A stretch of 64,000 bases of DNA from a virus. Its lineage: Duplodnaviria; Heunggongvirae; Uroviricota; Caudoviricetes. Under the pieces are notes generated by a model. It was not told where the DNA came from, did no database searches, and saw only the letters and a program-made list of their open reading frames with translations. Both the position numbers and the translations under genes were made by a program. This document shows positions 28,401 to 41,287 of the stretch, piece by piece (the stretch's first letter is position 1; each line of letters begins with the position of its first letter). The stretch is from IMG/VR virus record IMGVR_UViG_2698536476_000008; one strand, written 5' to 3'.

Positions 28401-29298
28401 GCACTGGAAAAACATTACTATTTATAAACTTTCTCGTGAGGCGGATCTGACCGACTTAGAAGATAAAAAGAAAATGATCCTTTTCACGCCATGCGGTAGT
28501 CAGGATATGGCCAAGTTCGGTTTTGTATCTCCATTTGGTGATAATTCCGAAGTTATCGCTATGCATGGAAATGGTTTTATCCTTGTTGAAGCAAAGCGCG
28601 AAACAAAAATTCTTCCCCCGCCGGTTATCCAGCGAGCTATTCAAGAAAAAATTGAAAAACTTGAGCAAGAACAAGCGCGTAAACTGAAGAAAACAGAGAA
28701 GGACTCCCTGAAAGACGAAGTTCTGCATTCTCTTCTGCCACGGGCTTTTTCAAAGTTTTCTGTTATCCAGGCGATCTACGACGGTTCAACTAAACGTATC
28801 TATATCAATGCCAGCGCGCGGCAGGCAGAGGATATGCTCGCGCTTATGCGTAAGTCTCTGGGTTCTCTTCCTGTTGTTCCCCTGAGTGTTGAAAATCCCA
28901 TTGAATTAACGCTGACCGACTGGGTACGTGATGGTAGTGCTCCACAGGGATTTCAAATGGGGGATGCGGCAGAACTTAAGGCAGTGCTTGAGGATGGCGG
29001 TATTGCCCGAGTGAAAAAGCAGGATTTGGGAAGCGATGAAATTTCCACACACCTGGAAGCTGGCAAGCTCGTTACTAAGTTGGCACTCGACTGGCAGAAC
29101 CGCATTAAATTTACACTGGACCATAACTTCAGCCTTACCAGCGTCAAATTTGCGGATGAATTGCTTGAGCAGAACTCTGATATTGATAGTGAAGATGTTG
29201 CGCAGCGACTGGACGCAGATTTCTTCCTGTTGACCAGTGAAATTTCGTGCCTGGTTGATGCTCTGGTAAATGCCCTTGGTGGAGAGGCTAAGCAGTGA
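28393..29298 (+). CDS. hrdC: RdgC-like recombination-associated protein
   Basis: RdgC-like length and pattern from ATG 28393; directly upstream of dmt as in P1. Confidence 0.7.
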
Positions 29299-31313
29299 AA
29301 GAGCTGTGCTATGGATCTGTTTGCAGTGGAATTGAAGCCGCGAGTATTGCCTGGGAACCGTTGGGTATGCGTCCGGCGTGGTTTGCTGAAATCGAGCCTT
29401 TTCCATCTGCCGTTCTTGCGCACCGCTGGCCCCATGTCGCCAACCTTGGCGACATGACAAAACTTGCCAAAAAAGTCCTGGCTGGGGAAATCGAATCCCC
29501 TGATGTGCTCGTCGGGGGTACGCCTTGTCAGGCATTCAGTATCGCGGGCTTACGTGGTGGGCTTGATGATGAACGCGGCGCGCTAACTTTGAAGTATGTG
29601 GAGCTTGCAAATGCAATTGACGACAAACGGTCTGAGTCCTTCCTCAAACCGACAGTTATCGTCTGGGAAAATGTCCCAGGAGTCCTGTCATCGGCAGATA
29701 ACGCCTTCGGATGTTTCCTTGCCGGATTGGCTGGAGAAGATGCGCCATTTGAACCAGGTGATCGACCTGAATCAGGAAAAAGTAACGCGTTCTGGCGGTG
29801 GGATGGCAAAACCGGTTGCCATGCTCCAAAGTGGCCGCAGTGTGGTTGTATTTATGGACCGCAGCGAAAGGTGGCCTGGAGAATCCTTGATGCCCAATAC
29901 TTCGGAGTGGCACAACGACGCCGACGCGTGTTTGTTGTCGCAAGTGCTCGAACAGACCTCGATCCCGCAACGGTACTTTTTGAGTTCGAAGGCGTGCGCC
30001 GGAATATTGCGCCGAGCAGAGGCGAGGGGAAGGAAACTACCAGATATACTTCAAACATCGCTATCAGATCTTGCGATGATACAAACATAGTTGCCATGGC
30101 ACATGGGCAAGGAGGGGCTGAGATAAAAACCGATAATTCGGCACCAACTTTGACATGTAACCATGAAGCACCAATTGTATTGCTCGTCGACGGTAGAATG
30201 CGCCGTCTTATCCCTGTCGAATGTGAAAGGCTGCAAGGTTTTCCTGATGGACATACATTGATCCCTACGGAAAAGCGTAAAAAAGTTTCTTCAGATGAAC
30301 TGGCATACCTTCGCAAAAACTATCCTGATTTGAGCGAAGAAGAGGCCGCGATGCTTGCAGCTGACGGACCGCGTTACAAAGCGATCGGCAATAGTATGGC
30401 GATACCAGTAATGCGCTGGATTGGCGATCGGATTGCCAAGGCTGCATGTCGGCAGAAGGAAGGGAGTGAAACAAAAGAGCGAAAAGTTAAACCAGCGGCA
30501 GAATTCGAACGGTCCATATTCAAATGGGCTGGTGGAAAATTTGGTGTTCTGGAACAAATCTTTCGCTATTTGCCAGAAGGGAAGCGCCTGATTGAGCCTT
30601 TCGTTGGTGGCGGAGCTGTCTTCATGAATGCCGGATACCAGGAAAATCTGCTAAATGATGTGAATGCTGACCTGATTAACTTTTACAAGACTCTGCAACG
30701 CGAGGCGCATTCACTTATCACTCTGGCACATCGTTTCTTCCAGGACTACAACACGCAGGAAGGATACCTGGCAGTACGGAATGCGTTTAACAAACAAGTC
30801 TATGATGATTTACATCGCGCAGCGGCGTTTTTGTTCCTGAACCGACATTGTTTTAACGGATTGACGCGTTACAACCAAGCCGGTGAGTTCAATGTCGGTT
30901 ATGGGAAGTATAAAACTCCGTATTTCCCATTGCAGGAGATGGAAGCCTTCCTTGGTGCGGAAGGGCGTTCTGAGTTTGTATGTGGTGATTTTGCTGCGGT
31001 GATTGAAGCTGCCGGAGAAGGAGATGTCATCTTTTGTGATCCGCCGTATGAACCGCTCCCAAATACAGAGGGATTCACGAACTATTCCGGTCATGACTTT
31101 AAGTTTGAAGAGCAAAAACGCCTGGCGTCTCTGTTGACGGATGCTCATCGCCGAGGTGCAAAGGTTCTCATTACTAACAGTGGCGCGCCAAACATCAGAG
31201 AACTTTATCAGGACAGTGGCTTCAGAGTGGAACCTCTTTTTGCCAGACGTTCTGTGTCTTGTAAGGGGGACACTCGAGGTGTTGCTCATGACGTTATAGC
31301 AATATTGCTCTAA
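29295..31313 (+). CDS. dmt: Bifunctional DNA methyltransferase (C5-cytosine domain fused to Dam-like N6-adenine domain)
   Basis: GTG start overlapping hrdC stop; [12 protein letters not shown] and ENVPG (C5-MTase) in N-half; FKWAGGK and DPPY (N6-adenine MTase) in C-half. Confidence 0.85.
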   Translation: MKELCYGSVCSGIEAASIAWEPLGMRPAWFAEIEPFPSAVLAHRWPHVANLGDMTKLAKKVLAGEIESPDVLVGGTPCQAFSIAGLRGGLDDERGALTLKYVELANAIDDKRSESFLKPTVIVWENVPGVLSSADNAFGCFLAGLAGEDAPFEPGDRPESGKSNAFWRWDGKTGCHAPKWPQCGCIYGPQRKVAWRILDAQYFGVAQRRRRVFVVASARTDLDPATVLFEFEGVRRNIAPSRGEGKETTRYTSNIAIRSCDDTNIVAMAHGQGGAEIKTDNSAPTLTCNHEAPIVLLVDGRMRRLIPVECERLQGFPDGHTLIPTEKRKKVSSDELAYLRKNYPDLSEEEAAMLAADGPRYKAIGNSMAIPVMRWIGDRIAKAACRQKEGSETKERKVKPAAEFERSIFKWAGGKFGVLEQIFRYLPEGKRLIEPFVGGGAVFMNAGYQENLLNDVNADLINFYKTLQREAHSLITLAHRFFQDYNTQEGYLAVRNAFNKQVYDDLHRAAAFLFLNRHCFNGLTRYNQAGEFNVGYGKYKTPYFPLQEMEAFLGAEGRSEFVCGDFAAVIEAAGEGDVIFCDPPYEPLPNTEGFTNYSGHDFKFEEQKRLASLLTDAHRRGAKVLITNSGAPNIRELYQDSGFRVEPLFARRSVSCKGDTRGVAHDVIAILL

Positions 31314-31331
31314 TAAATTTATTAGTGTAAT
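31304..31331. promoter_or_regulatory. Bipartite (inverted, overlapping) C1-operator-like site
   Basis: ATTGCTCTAATAAATTT followed by inverted half AAATTTATTAGTGTAAT; overlaps dmt stop. Confidence 0.65.
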
Positions 31332-31497
31332 ATCGCATCAATGAATCGTGATTTATAGAGCGATTTAGCTGTTAGCCGCGACAGGCGCGGCGGCAAGTAT
31401 GGCGGGGTAGTGACTCCTTCCCCCTCATGACGCCGAGTTGCCAGGTTGACCATACGCCTAAGTGGCAACACCGAAGTGCGTTACGAGCTTCCAGTTT
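31321..31497 (+). ncRNA. Candidate small RNA between operator and terminator (speculative)
   Basis: About 175-nt non-coding segment bounded by C1-operator-like site and a terminator; contains TATGGCGGGG resembling the c4-like block. Confidence 0.25.
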
Positions 31498-31523
31498 GCC
31501 CATCTTCGGGTGGGCGTTTTTTT
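31498..31523 (+). terminator. Rho-independent terminator
   Basis: GCCCA-TCTTCGGG-TGGGC followed by T7. Confidence 0.6.
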
Positions 31524-31704
31524 CAGGGTTTTCGTCATGGTTAGCGACTTTGCGGCGGTTTAGAAACTGACCATTAAAGTAAATGCAAACGATGATCTGA
31601 TGATGGTAGCGGCATAAGAAGCCAGACGCCACGGGGTATGAGTCGTCCCCCGTCAAAAAATCGACCGCAGAGTGTCCCCGTCTGTGTATTAGGGAACGGG
31701 GAGG

Positions 31705-31785
31705 CACAACAGGTAAGGGCGCTGGTGTGATTAACCAGATGAACGAGAAGGGGCCATCTGTTGGTCAGCGTCCTTTCCTGTTGCG
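31705..31785 (+). repeat. Long-stem hairpin element E
   Basis: Arms CACAACAGGTAAGGGCGCTG / CAGCGTCCTTTCCTGTTGCG with about 41-nt loop, followed by TCTTCTTTTC. Confidence 0.55.
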
Positions 31786-31988
31786 TCTTCTTTTCAGCGT
31801 AACAGCGGTGCTTAACAGCACTTTGGGTACAGTTCCACGAATTTACGGGTATATCCCGTCATGCTGAAAGCGCTAATCACGCTGGAAGCCAGGGTTATGC
31901 ATCCCCTGTTACCGAATTGCAGCCAGGGCGCGGTGCGCCGAAAAGCATACGGAGGTGGAAGCCCTCGCCGGAGACGTACCCGGCAAGT

Positions 31989-32064
31989 GATGGTGTAGCT
32001 CAGCGGTTAGAGCGGTTGACTGTTAATCAACGGGTCGATGGTTCAAATCCATCCACCATCGCCA
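31989..32064 (+). tRNA. tRNA-Asn (anticodon GTT)
   Basis: Cloverleaf by eye: acceptor GATGGTG/CACCATC, anticodon loop CTGTTAA, T-arm GGTTCAAATCC, encoded CCA. Confidence 0.9.
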
Positions 32065-32066
32065 AT

Positions 32067-32142
32067 GCCGGTTTAGCTCAGTTGGTAGAGCGCCTGCCTT
32101 GTAAGCAGGATGTCAGCGGTTCGATTCCGTTAATCGGCACCA
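32067..32142 (+). tRNA. tRNA-Thr (anticodon TGT)
   Basis: Acceptor GCCGGTT/AATCGGC, anticodon loop CTTGTAA, T-arm GGTTCGATTCC, encoded CCA. Confidence 0.9.
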
Positions 32143-32143
32143 G

Positions 32144-32230
32144 CACAACAGGTAAGGGTATTTTGCGACGTCGGAGATCGCCGAGCTTGGCAGAGGGTTC
32201 GAATCCCTACGAAGTACCCTTACCGTTGTG
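32144..32230 (+). repeat. Long-stem hairpin element A enclosing a T-arm-like motif
   Basis: 16-bp stem CACAAC(A)GGTAAGGGTA / TACCCTTACCGTTGTG enclosing 54 nt that include GGGTTCGAATCCC; starts 2 nt after tRNA-Thr. Confidence 0.55.
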
Positions 32231-32350
32231 ATGAATGCGCAGGCTGATGCGCGAAAGACATTGCAGCTATTGCGGAAAAGAGCTGTTCGGCGGGGCAATT
32301 AAACGCCCGTGAGAGTCTGAAATAACCGCAAGCCGGAGATCAGCACCGGT

Positions 32351-32429
32351 CATCACAACACAACAGGTAAGGGCATTCTCCCTTATGGGGCTTGGCTTAA
32401 ATGCATCGAGTGCTCTTACCGTTGTGATG
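32351..32429 (+). repeat. Long-stem hairpin element B
   Basis: Arms CATCACAACACAACAGGTAAGGGC / GCTCTTACCGTTGTGATG. Confidence 0.55.
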
Positions 32430-32567
32430 AAGTGCAGCTCTTTGAAGCAACCAGAAGATAAGCATCTGGCTTCACAACATAAACCGCAGGAACGACCAAT
32501 AAACGGTAGTCCGTATGGAGAACACCCCGTTGAGGAAGAGGCCTGGCCGGAACCGTAACCGGCACTA

Positions 32568-32657
32568 CAACGTTGAGAACACTGGCGTAACGGGGTCATA
32601 TCCCAATCTACGAATAAATGTTGCGTTGCAGCGTGACAACCAGTGTTCTCAACATTG
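32568..32657 (+). repeat. Long-stem hairpin element C
   Basis: Perfect 14-bp stem GTTGAGAACACTGG / CCAGTGTTCTCAAC enclosing about 54 nt with GGGGTCATATCCC; tail ATTGTGGTGAATGCACAGGCTGATG. Confidence 0.55.
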
Positions 32658-32840
32658 TGGTGAATGCACAGGCTGATGTGCCGCAACTACAGTAGTGCGC
32701 GCTTTGCGGGGCTTGCTACAACCCTGTGTCGGAGTTCAGCACCGACCATCACAGTTTGATTCTCTGGCATGAGCATAACGCTGAAATAAGTCCAGCCTGG
32801 TGCGGCCCGATCACCCGCCGTTAGCTCCACGAAACGGAGC

Positions 32841-32923
32841 ACGTAACAGGTAAGAGCATTCTCCTGTAACGGGTTCATATCCCAATCTACAGGTCCACCA
32901 AGAATGCTCTTTCCGTTGCGGTG
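32841..32923 (+). repeat. Long-stem hairpin element D
   Basis: Arms ACGTAACAGGTAAGAGCATTCT / AGAATGCTCTTTCCGTTGCGGTG enclosing GGGTTCATATCCC. Confidence 0.55.
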
Positions 32924-33070
32924 AATGCGGCTAAGCGCACGCGGGGAAATGGTTATATCAGTCCATTCATTTCTCCTTGTTTCCCCGTCCACGGTGGATA
33001 ACCAGCCAAAGGACACCGGGAGGCACCCGGCACCGCAGCTTTTTTATTCGTTAAATAATGGAGTGAGAGG

Positions 33071-33307
33071 ATGCAGAACAATTCGAACAAATGTCGAACG
33101 CTATGGGTGCGGTTATATATTTATGCCGTCCTCTGTTTGATTGTGTCACTGGTTCTGTATGTTTGGCTTTTGCCAAATATGATCTCATCTAACAGCACAA
33201 TACTTGTATTGTTGGGAGTCCTTCTCGCGCTCATTTACCCGGCTTTCGCAGTAGTCTTTTTTCGTGAAAAAACCAGGAAATTAATTAATGAAAAAAACGT
33301 TGATTAG
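33071..33307 (+). CDS. Small two-TM membrane protein (78 aa)
   Basis: Hydrophobic segments; overlaps start of SPFH gene. Confidence 0.5.
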   Translation: MQNNSNKCRTLWVRLYIYAVLCLIVSLVLYVWLLPNMISSNSTILVLLGVLLALIYPAFAVVFFREKTRKLINEKNVD

Positions 33308-34115
33308 TGCAGCGATTATTTTGGGTTCTTTATGTCTGACCGGATGCGATCGGGTAGAGCCAGGTAACGTAGGGATCAAAGTAAATAAGCTGGGGGATGA
33401 TAAAGGTATCGGTGAAGTAGTTGGCGTTGGTCGCTACTGGACAGGCTTGAATACTGAAGTTTATATCTTCCCGACCTTTAAGCAAATGAAGACATACGAT
33501 GAGCCGTTCAGCTTCCAGATGAGCGACGGAACAACCATTGGTTACCACATCGGCGTAGCCTACAAGGTTGATCCAGCAAAAGTCACAACGGTATTTCAGA
33601 CCTATCGCAAAGGTGTAGATGATATTACTGATACCGATCTACGCCAGAAGGTTGCAGATGCTCTGAACCGGTTAGCCAGCAAAATGACCACCGACAAATT
33701 TATCGACGGTGGCAAATCTGAATTGCTTGATGCAGCCCTTAAAGACATTCAGGAAGAAATGACGCCAATCGGCATTCAGGTGATGAGCCTCTCTTATGTA
33801 GGTAAGCCAGAATACCCGCCAACAGTTATTGACAGTATTAACGCCAAAGTCACGGCAAACCAAAAAACCCTGCAACGCGAGCAAGAGGTCAAACAACGTG
33901 AAGCAGAGGCCAACATGCTGCGCGCGGAAGCTGCCGGACAGGCTGATGCTATTCGCACAAAAGCCCAGGCCGAAGCTGATGCCATTCGTTTACGTGGTGA
34001 AGCTCTGCGCCAGAACCCCGGTGTTATGGAGTTGGAAGCGATCAACAAATGGAACGGTACATTACCGCAGTATATGACCAGTAATACCGCTGTTCCGTTT
34101 GTTCCGGTGAAATAA
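33288..34115 (+). CDS. SPFH/band-7-like lipoprotein (275 aa)
   Basis: Signal peptide with lipobox LTGC; C-terminal Ala/Glu/Arg/Gln-rich coiled coil; family assignment by pattern only. Confidence 0.55.
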   Translation: MKKTLISAAIILGSLCLTGCDRVEPGNVGIKVNKLGDDKGIGEVVGVGRYWTGLNTEVYIFPTFKQMKTYDEPFSFQMSDGTTIGYHIGVAYKVDPAKVTTVFQTYRKGVDDITDTDLRQKVADALNRLASKMTTDKFIDGGKSELLDAALKDIQEEMTPIGIQVMSLSYVGKPEYPPTVIDSINAKVTANQKTLQREQEVKQREAEANMLRAEAAGQADAIRTKAQAEADAIRLRGEALRQNPGVMELEAINKWNGTLPQYMTSNTAVPFVPVK

Positions 34116-34142
34116 AAGCGTAAGCAAAATTGGCAGTAATCC

Positions 34143-34218
34143 GGCCCTTTAGCTCAGTGGTTAGAGCTGGCGACTCATAATCGCACGGTCACCGGTTCAA
34201 GTCCGGTAGGGGCCACCA
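34143..34218 (+). tRNA. tRNA-Ile2 type (anticodon CAT, lysidine-type by resemblance to E. coli ileX)
   Basis: GGCCCTTTAGCTCAGTGGTTAGAGC...CTCATAA...GGTTCAAGTCC...GGGGCCACCA. Confidence 0.85.
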
Positions 34219-34498
34219 TATTTGGTTGTAACACGGCGTCTGGCACATGCGTCGTTAGCGGTCTGGTGACGTTAAAAGGGGGGAACCTTGCCCCTAGCTC
34301 AGGCAACGAACCAGGTAGCCGGAATGTGCAAGCCACCGTTTGTTGTTTCTCGGGTAAAGGGATTCACCATCCTGGCGATTCGGTGTGACAGCCGGGAAGA
34401 GTCCGGCGCATTAATCCTGATTTTCTGGTGATGACTCATATCGTTAGGAGTGATTTGAGTATGCCGATTATATCTGACATTCAGCACGCCTGGGTGGA

Positions 34499-35869
34499 GT
34501 GCTAATGTCTGCATCCCCTCTTGAATCCATGCCAAATTCCCTTAGTGCAGAACAAGCTGTACTTGGTGGCTTAATGCTTGATAACTGCCGCTGGGATGAA
34601 GTTGCAGATCGTATAGTTGCTGATGATTTTTATACCAGTGCTCATCGTGAAATTTTCAGTGAGATGGAGAGGTTATTAAGTCATGGCAAACCGATTGATT
34701 TGATAACACTTGCTGAAGCACTTGAACAGAACGGTAAATTAGAACGCGCCGGTGGTTTTGCGTACCTTGCGGAGATGTCAAAGAACACGCCCAGCGCGGC
34801 AAATATTTGTGCTTATGCGGATATCGTTCGTGAACGCGCGGTTGTTCGTGAAATGATTTCCGTCGCAAATGAAATAGCCGAAGCTGGATATGCGCAGGAT
34901 GGCAGGGGCAGCAATGAATTGCTGGATATGGCCGAGCGCCGCGTTTTTGAAATAGCTGAAAAACGACAAAAGAGCGGTAGTGGTCCAAAAGATATCGCCA
35001 GCATTCTCGATGCAACGGTATCTCGCATAGAAGAGTTGTTTCAGCGACCACATGATGGTGTAACGGGGCTTGATACGGGATTTACCGATATCAATAAGAA
35101 GACGGCAGGGCTTCAGCCGTCCGATCTCATCATTGTCGCCGCCCGCCCATCTATGGGGAAGACCACGTTTGCGATGAATCTCGTCGAAAATGCCGCAGTT
35201 CGTAACGATAAGCCCGTATTGGTTTTTAGCCTTGAGATGCCGAGCCACCAGCTGATGATGCGCTCACTGGCTTCTCTTGCACGCGTTGATCAGACTCGTA
35301 TTCGGACAGGGCAACTTAACGACGAGGATTGGGCGCGGGTTTCTGGCGCAATGGGTATTCTGTTGGACAAGCAGAATATTTTTATTGATGACTCAAGCGC
35401 CCTGACACCTACAGAGCTTCGTTCCCGCGCTCGTCGTGTTTATAAAGAAAATGGTGGTTTGAGCATGATTATGATCGACTACCTGCAACTTATGCGCGTC
35501 CCCGAGCTGCAAGATAACCGAACGCTGGAAATTGCCGAGATTTCTCGCTCACTGAAGGCGTTGGCGAAGGAATTACAAGTACCGGTGGTGGCATTGTCAC
35601 AACTTAATCGATCGCTTGAACAGCGTGCGGACAAACGACCGGTAAATTCAGATTTACGTGAATCAGGAGCAATTGAGCAGGACGCAGACCTGATCATGTT
35701 TCTGTATCGCGACGAAGTTTATCACCCGGATAGCGAAATGAAGGGCATTGCCGAGGTAATTATCGGAAAGCAACGAAATGGCCCAATTGGCACGGTGAGA
35801 TTGGCTTTTAACGGCCAATACTCACGGTTTGATAACTATGCTGGTGCTGACTGGCAAGAGGATTATTAA
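34499..35869 (+). CDS. ban: DnaB-family replicative helicase (Ban-like)
   Basis: Walker A AARPSMGKTTFAMN; DnaB C-terminal motifs LIMFLYRDEVY, GKQRNGPIG. Confidence 0.85.
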   Translation: MLMSASPLESMPNSLSAEQAVLGGLMLDNCRWDEVADRIVADDFYTSAHREIFSEMERLLSHGKPIDLITLAEALEQNGKLERAGGFAYLAEMSKNTPSAANICAYADIVRERAVVREMISVANEIAEAGYAQDGRGSNELLDMAERRVFEIAEKRQKSGSGPKDIASILDATVSRIEELFQRPHDGVTGLDTGFTDINKKTAGLQPSDLIIVAARPSMGKTTFAMNLVENAAVRNDKPVLVFSLEMPSHQLMMRSLASLARVDQTRIRTGQLNDEDWARVSGAMGILLDKQNIFIDDSSALTPTELRSRARRVYKENGGLSMIMIDYLQLMRVPELQDNRTLEIAEISRSLKALAKELQVPVVALSQLNRSLEQRADKRPVNSDLRESGAIEQDADLIMFLYRDEVYHPDSEMKGIAEVIIGKQRNGPIGTVRLAFNGQYSRFDNYAGADWQEDY

Positions 35870-36867
35870 TGCAATGGAATGAGGAAAAGCCGATGAACAT
35901 CCTGATCATTGGGCGAAAATTTGAAGCTATCAGTGATGTGAAAACATATACGGAAATGTGGGCTTATAACCTGGCCTGCGCCTTTAGTGAGGCAGGGGTA
36001 ACATTGCAATACCATCGTCCATATTCCCCTGGCGTCGAAAGCCCGGAGGATTATGTTGAAGCTGTGTTGACTGCTGCGACCGCATGTTCTGCGAAGGCCA
36101 TTTTGGCACCAGGATTGAGGTATTTTACTACGGTACCCAGGGAAATAGGCATGCAACTGTGTCGCCGATTCTCTGGATGGGTAGCCCAGGTATATGACGG
36201 TTCTATGCTGGATTCGGCACCAGTCGATATTACTTTTACTGTCCGCGATGATACCTGGCGGTACCTGGATAATCCCGGCAGGTTAGAGCGTCATAATCGT
36301 TTTAACAAACATGTTGGATGGGCAGCGAATCAGGAGCTGTTCCATCTGGAAACCAAAACGGACGATGTTCTGCGTATTTTTGTAGACCACGCTGCATTTG
36401 ATGTTAGTGGTTTTGATCACTCCTTAAGTATCCTTATGAACCTTCAGCGTCTGACCGTTCCGTATGAGGCCAGAACGTTGACTGATGACGGATTGGTTAC
36501 CATTGATCCGGGGAATATTTCGGTAACTCCATACAGGCGGACGCCGGTGCCAGCAACCGAATTTGCAGCTGAATTGCGTAAGAGTGACGTGTTTATCGTT
36601 ACGCATCCCGAAAGCCTTGGATTAACTGTACTTGAGGCGGCAATGTGCGGGGCGTTGGTATTAACGCCTCCCGATTGCCTTCCGCCAGATCGCTTGGCTT
36701 TGGTGAACCATATGGTTATCAAGTCGCGGATTGATTGGGATGAGGTTATTGCTCGCGTTGATCGCGTGAAAAATGCTGAAAAGGTCCAGTGTCACACCTG
36801 GTCGGCAATTGCGGAAAAGATGCTTGAGACGTTTATCACGCAGAAACCGTCGTGCGGTAACGGATAA
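35869..36867 (+). CDS. Hypothetical protein with GT1-like C-terminal motif (start possibly Met at 35893)
   Basis: ESLGLTVLEAAMCGALVL motif; ATGA-type overlap with ban stop. Confidence 0.5.
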   Translation: MQWNEEKPMNILIIGRKFEAISDVKTYTEMWAYNLACAFSEAGVTLQYHRPYSPGVESPEDYVEAVLTAATACSAKAILAPGLRYFTTVPREIGMQLCRRFSGWVAQVYDGSMLDSAPVDITFTVRDDTWRYLDNPGRLERHNRFNKHVGWAANQELFHLETKTDDVLRIFVDHAAFDVSGFDHSLSILMNLQRLTVPYEARTLTDDGLVTIDPGNISVTPYRRTPVPATEFAAELRKSDVFIVTHPESLGLTVLEAAMCGALVLTPPDCLPPDRLALVNHMVIKSRIDWDEVIARVDRVKNAEKVQCHTWSAIAEKMLETFITQKPSCGNG

Positions 36868-36890
36868 AAAATTGAACCCGTCATAACAGA

Positions 36891-36912
36891 AAAGCCCGAA
36901 CGCCGGGCTTTT
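36891..36912. terminator. Bidirectional Rho-independent terminator
   Basis: AAAGCCCG-AACGC-CGGGCTTTT between convergent genes. Confidence 0.55.
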
Positions 36913-36913
36913 C

Positions 36914-40060
<3,147 letters not shown>

Positions 40061-41278
40061 TTATCCTTTCCGTTTACGGGCTTCGTTAATTTGTGTCTCA
40101 AGAATGCTTCGCGCCTGCGCGGTGGCAGCGGCCTTGTCCATTCCCTGACTCATGAAAAACTTTATGAGGTTGTTCGCCTGCGTTTGCAGGGCTTTTTTGA
40201 GAGCGTCGGCTTCAGCGCGAGCCTGGGCTTCCCTCACCCGCGAGGCTTTTAGTTCGGCATTCTTCCTGTTTGCCGTGGTGCGAGCTTTTTTTAACAACCG
40301 GCGAACGTTGTCCGTGGCGCTATCTTTGGCGCGTAGTTTTTTGCCTAATGCATCCTGAGATTTCAGATATAACTCATACTCACGCGCCGCTTTAGCCTGA
40401 TCCGTCGTTGTTGTCCGGTTGCGCGCGAGCGATTTAGCCAGTTCGCCTTTGAAATAGGTTGTTGTCTTCCGCTTGTCATCGCCGAAGGCTACCTGTTCAG
40501 CTGCTTTTTCCAGGGCAATAATGATGGCCTTGTGCCATGTGGGAGACTGAAAACGCGTCATAGCGTGCAAAACATGTTTGCAAGCCACACCAGTCAGATC
40601 AGGGTTGCGGATTTTGGGGAATGCATACTCTTTTGGCGGCGCGACAGCATAGTTACCAGCCGTGGCCATATAACGATACCAGTATTGATGGCGTCCACAA
40701 TCACAGTCGAAAGATACCCGGCCCTTGCAGAGATCGGCAGCGATTCGGGCTTTTTTCGCACCGTCTTCAGCAATTTCCTCAACGGCTTTATCCCATTCCT
40801 CAAATCGAATTCTGACACGGTGATGCTGGTGGACCGACTCATCCGAGGCATTAACAGATATCAATGCAAGGTTGTGTTTTAGCCCGAGGAATGTCGCGGC
40901 TTTGATCCCTGTGCCATCAGAAACCTTGTTGTTAGCGCGTTTTATATCAATGCTGGTGGACTGCGCCACCAGCTGAGCATAGGTAATGCCGGGTACCGTG
41001 CTCTTGAATTTGGTTTTATGAGACTGCCTTGAGGTGTTGAAACTGCGTATATCTTCGGGCGTAAAGTAGGTGCCATCTTTCTTTTTCCCAAGGCTGAGGA
41101 ATGCCTCAAGTTCGCGGTTACGCATCCCCATAATCCTTGGGGTGAGTGTACGTCGCGCGTTTCGCCGATTCTGACGCTGCTGTTTACGGATAAGATCGAA
41201 GACCTTGTTAAAGTCTTTTGCACTTAATCCATCAGTCTGATAGCGACCAAGGTTGTCGCGAGCATATTCAGTTGGCAT
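40061..41278 (-). CDS. SWIM-type zinc-finger protein with basic coiled-coil C-terminus (405 aa)
   Basis: CDCGRHQYWYRYMATAGNYAVAPPKEYAFPKIRNPDLTGVACKHVLH. Confidence 0.5.
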   Translation of the reverse strand: MPTEYARDNLGRYQTDGLSAKDFNKVFDLIRKQQRQNRRNARRTLTPRIMGMRNRELEAFLSLGKKKDGTYFTPEDIRSFNTSRQSHKTKFKSTVPGITYAQLVAQSTSIDIKRANNKVSDGTGIKAATFLGLKHNLALISVNASDESVHQHHRVRIRFEEWDKAVEEIAEDGAKKARIAADLCKGRVSFDCDCGRHQYWYRYMATAGNYAVAPPKEYAFPKIRNPDLTGVACKHVLHAMTRFQSPTWHKAIIIALEKAAEQVAFGDDKRKTTTYFKGELAKSLARNRTTTTDQAKAAREYELYLKSQDALGKKLRAKDSATDNVRRLLKKARTTANRKNAELKASRVREAQARAEADALKKALQTQANNLIKFFMSQGMDKAAATAQARSILETQINEARKRKG

Positions 41279-41287
41279 TCATTTCCC

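Noticed and set aside
32144-32230. A third canonical tRNA directly after tRNA-Thr
   Set aside because: A T-arm-like motif is present but no standard acceptor/anticodon arrangement could be built; kept as a structured element instead.
31917-33016. ORFs overlapping the tRNA and hairpin region (31917-32231, 32113-32298, 32267-32686, 32687-33016)
   Set aside because: They run through tRNA genes and structured repeats, have no ribosome-binding sites, and give tRNA-translation artefacts such as GSNP.
31989-34218. tRNA cluster as an integration site of a separate island
   Set aside because: No integrase or attachment-type direct repeats were seen, and flanking genes (dmt, ban) are contiguous backbone; accessory content here looks like in-place cargo.
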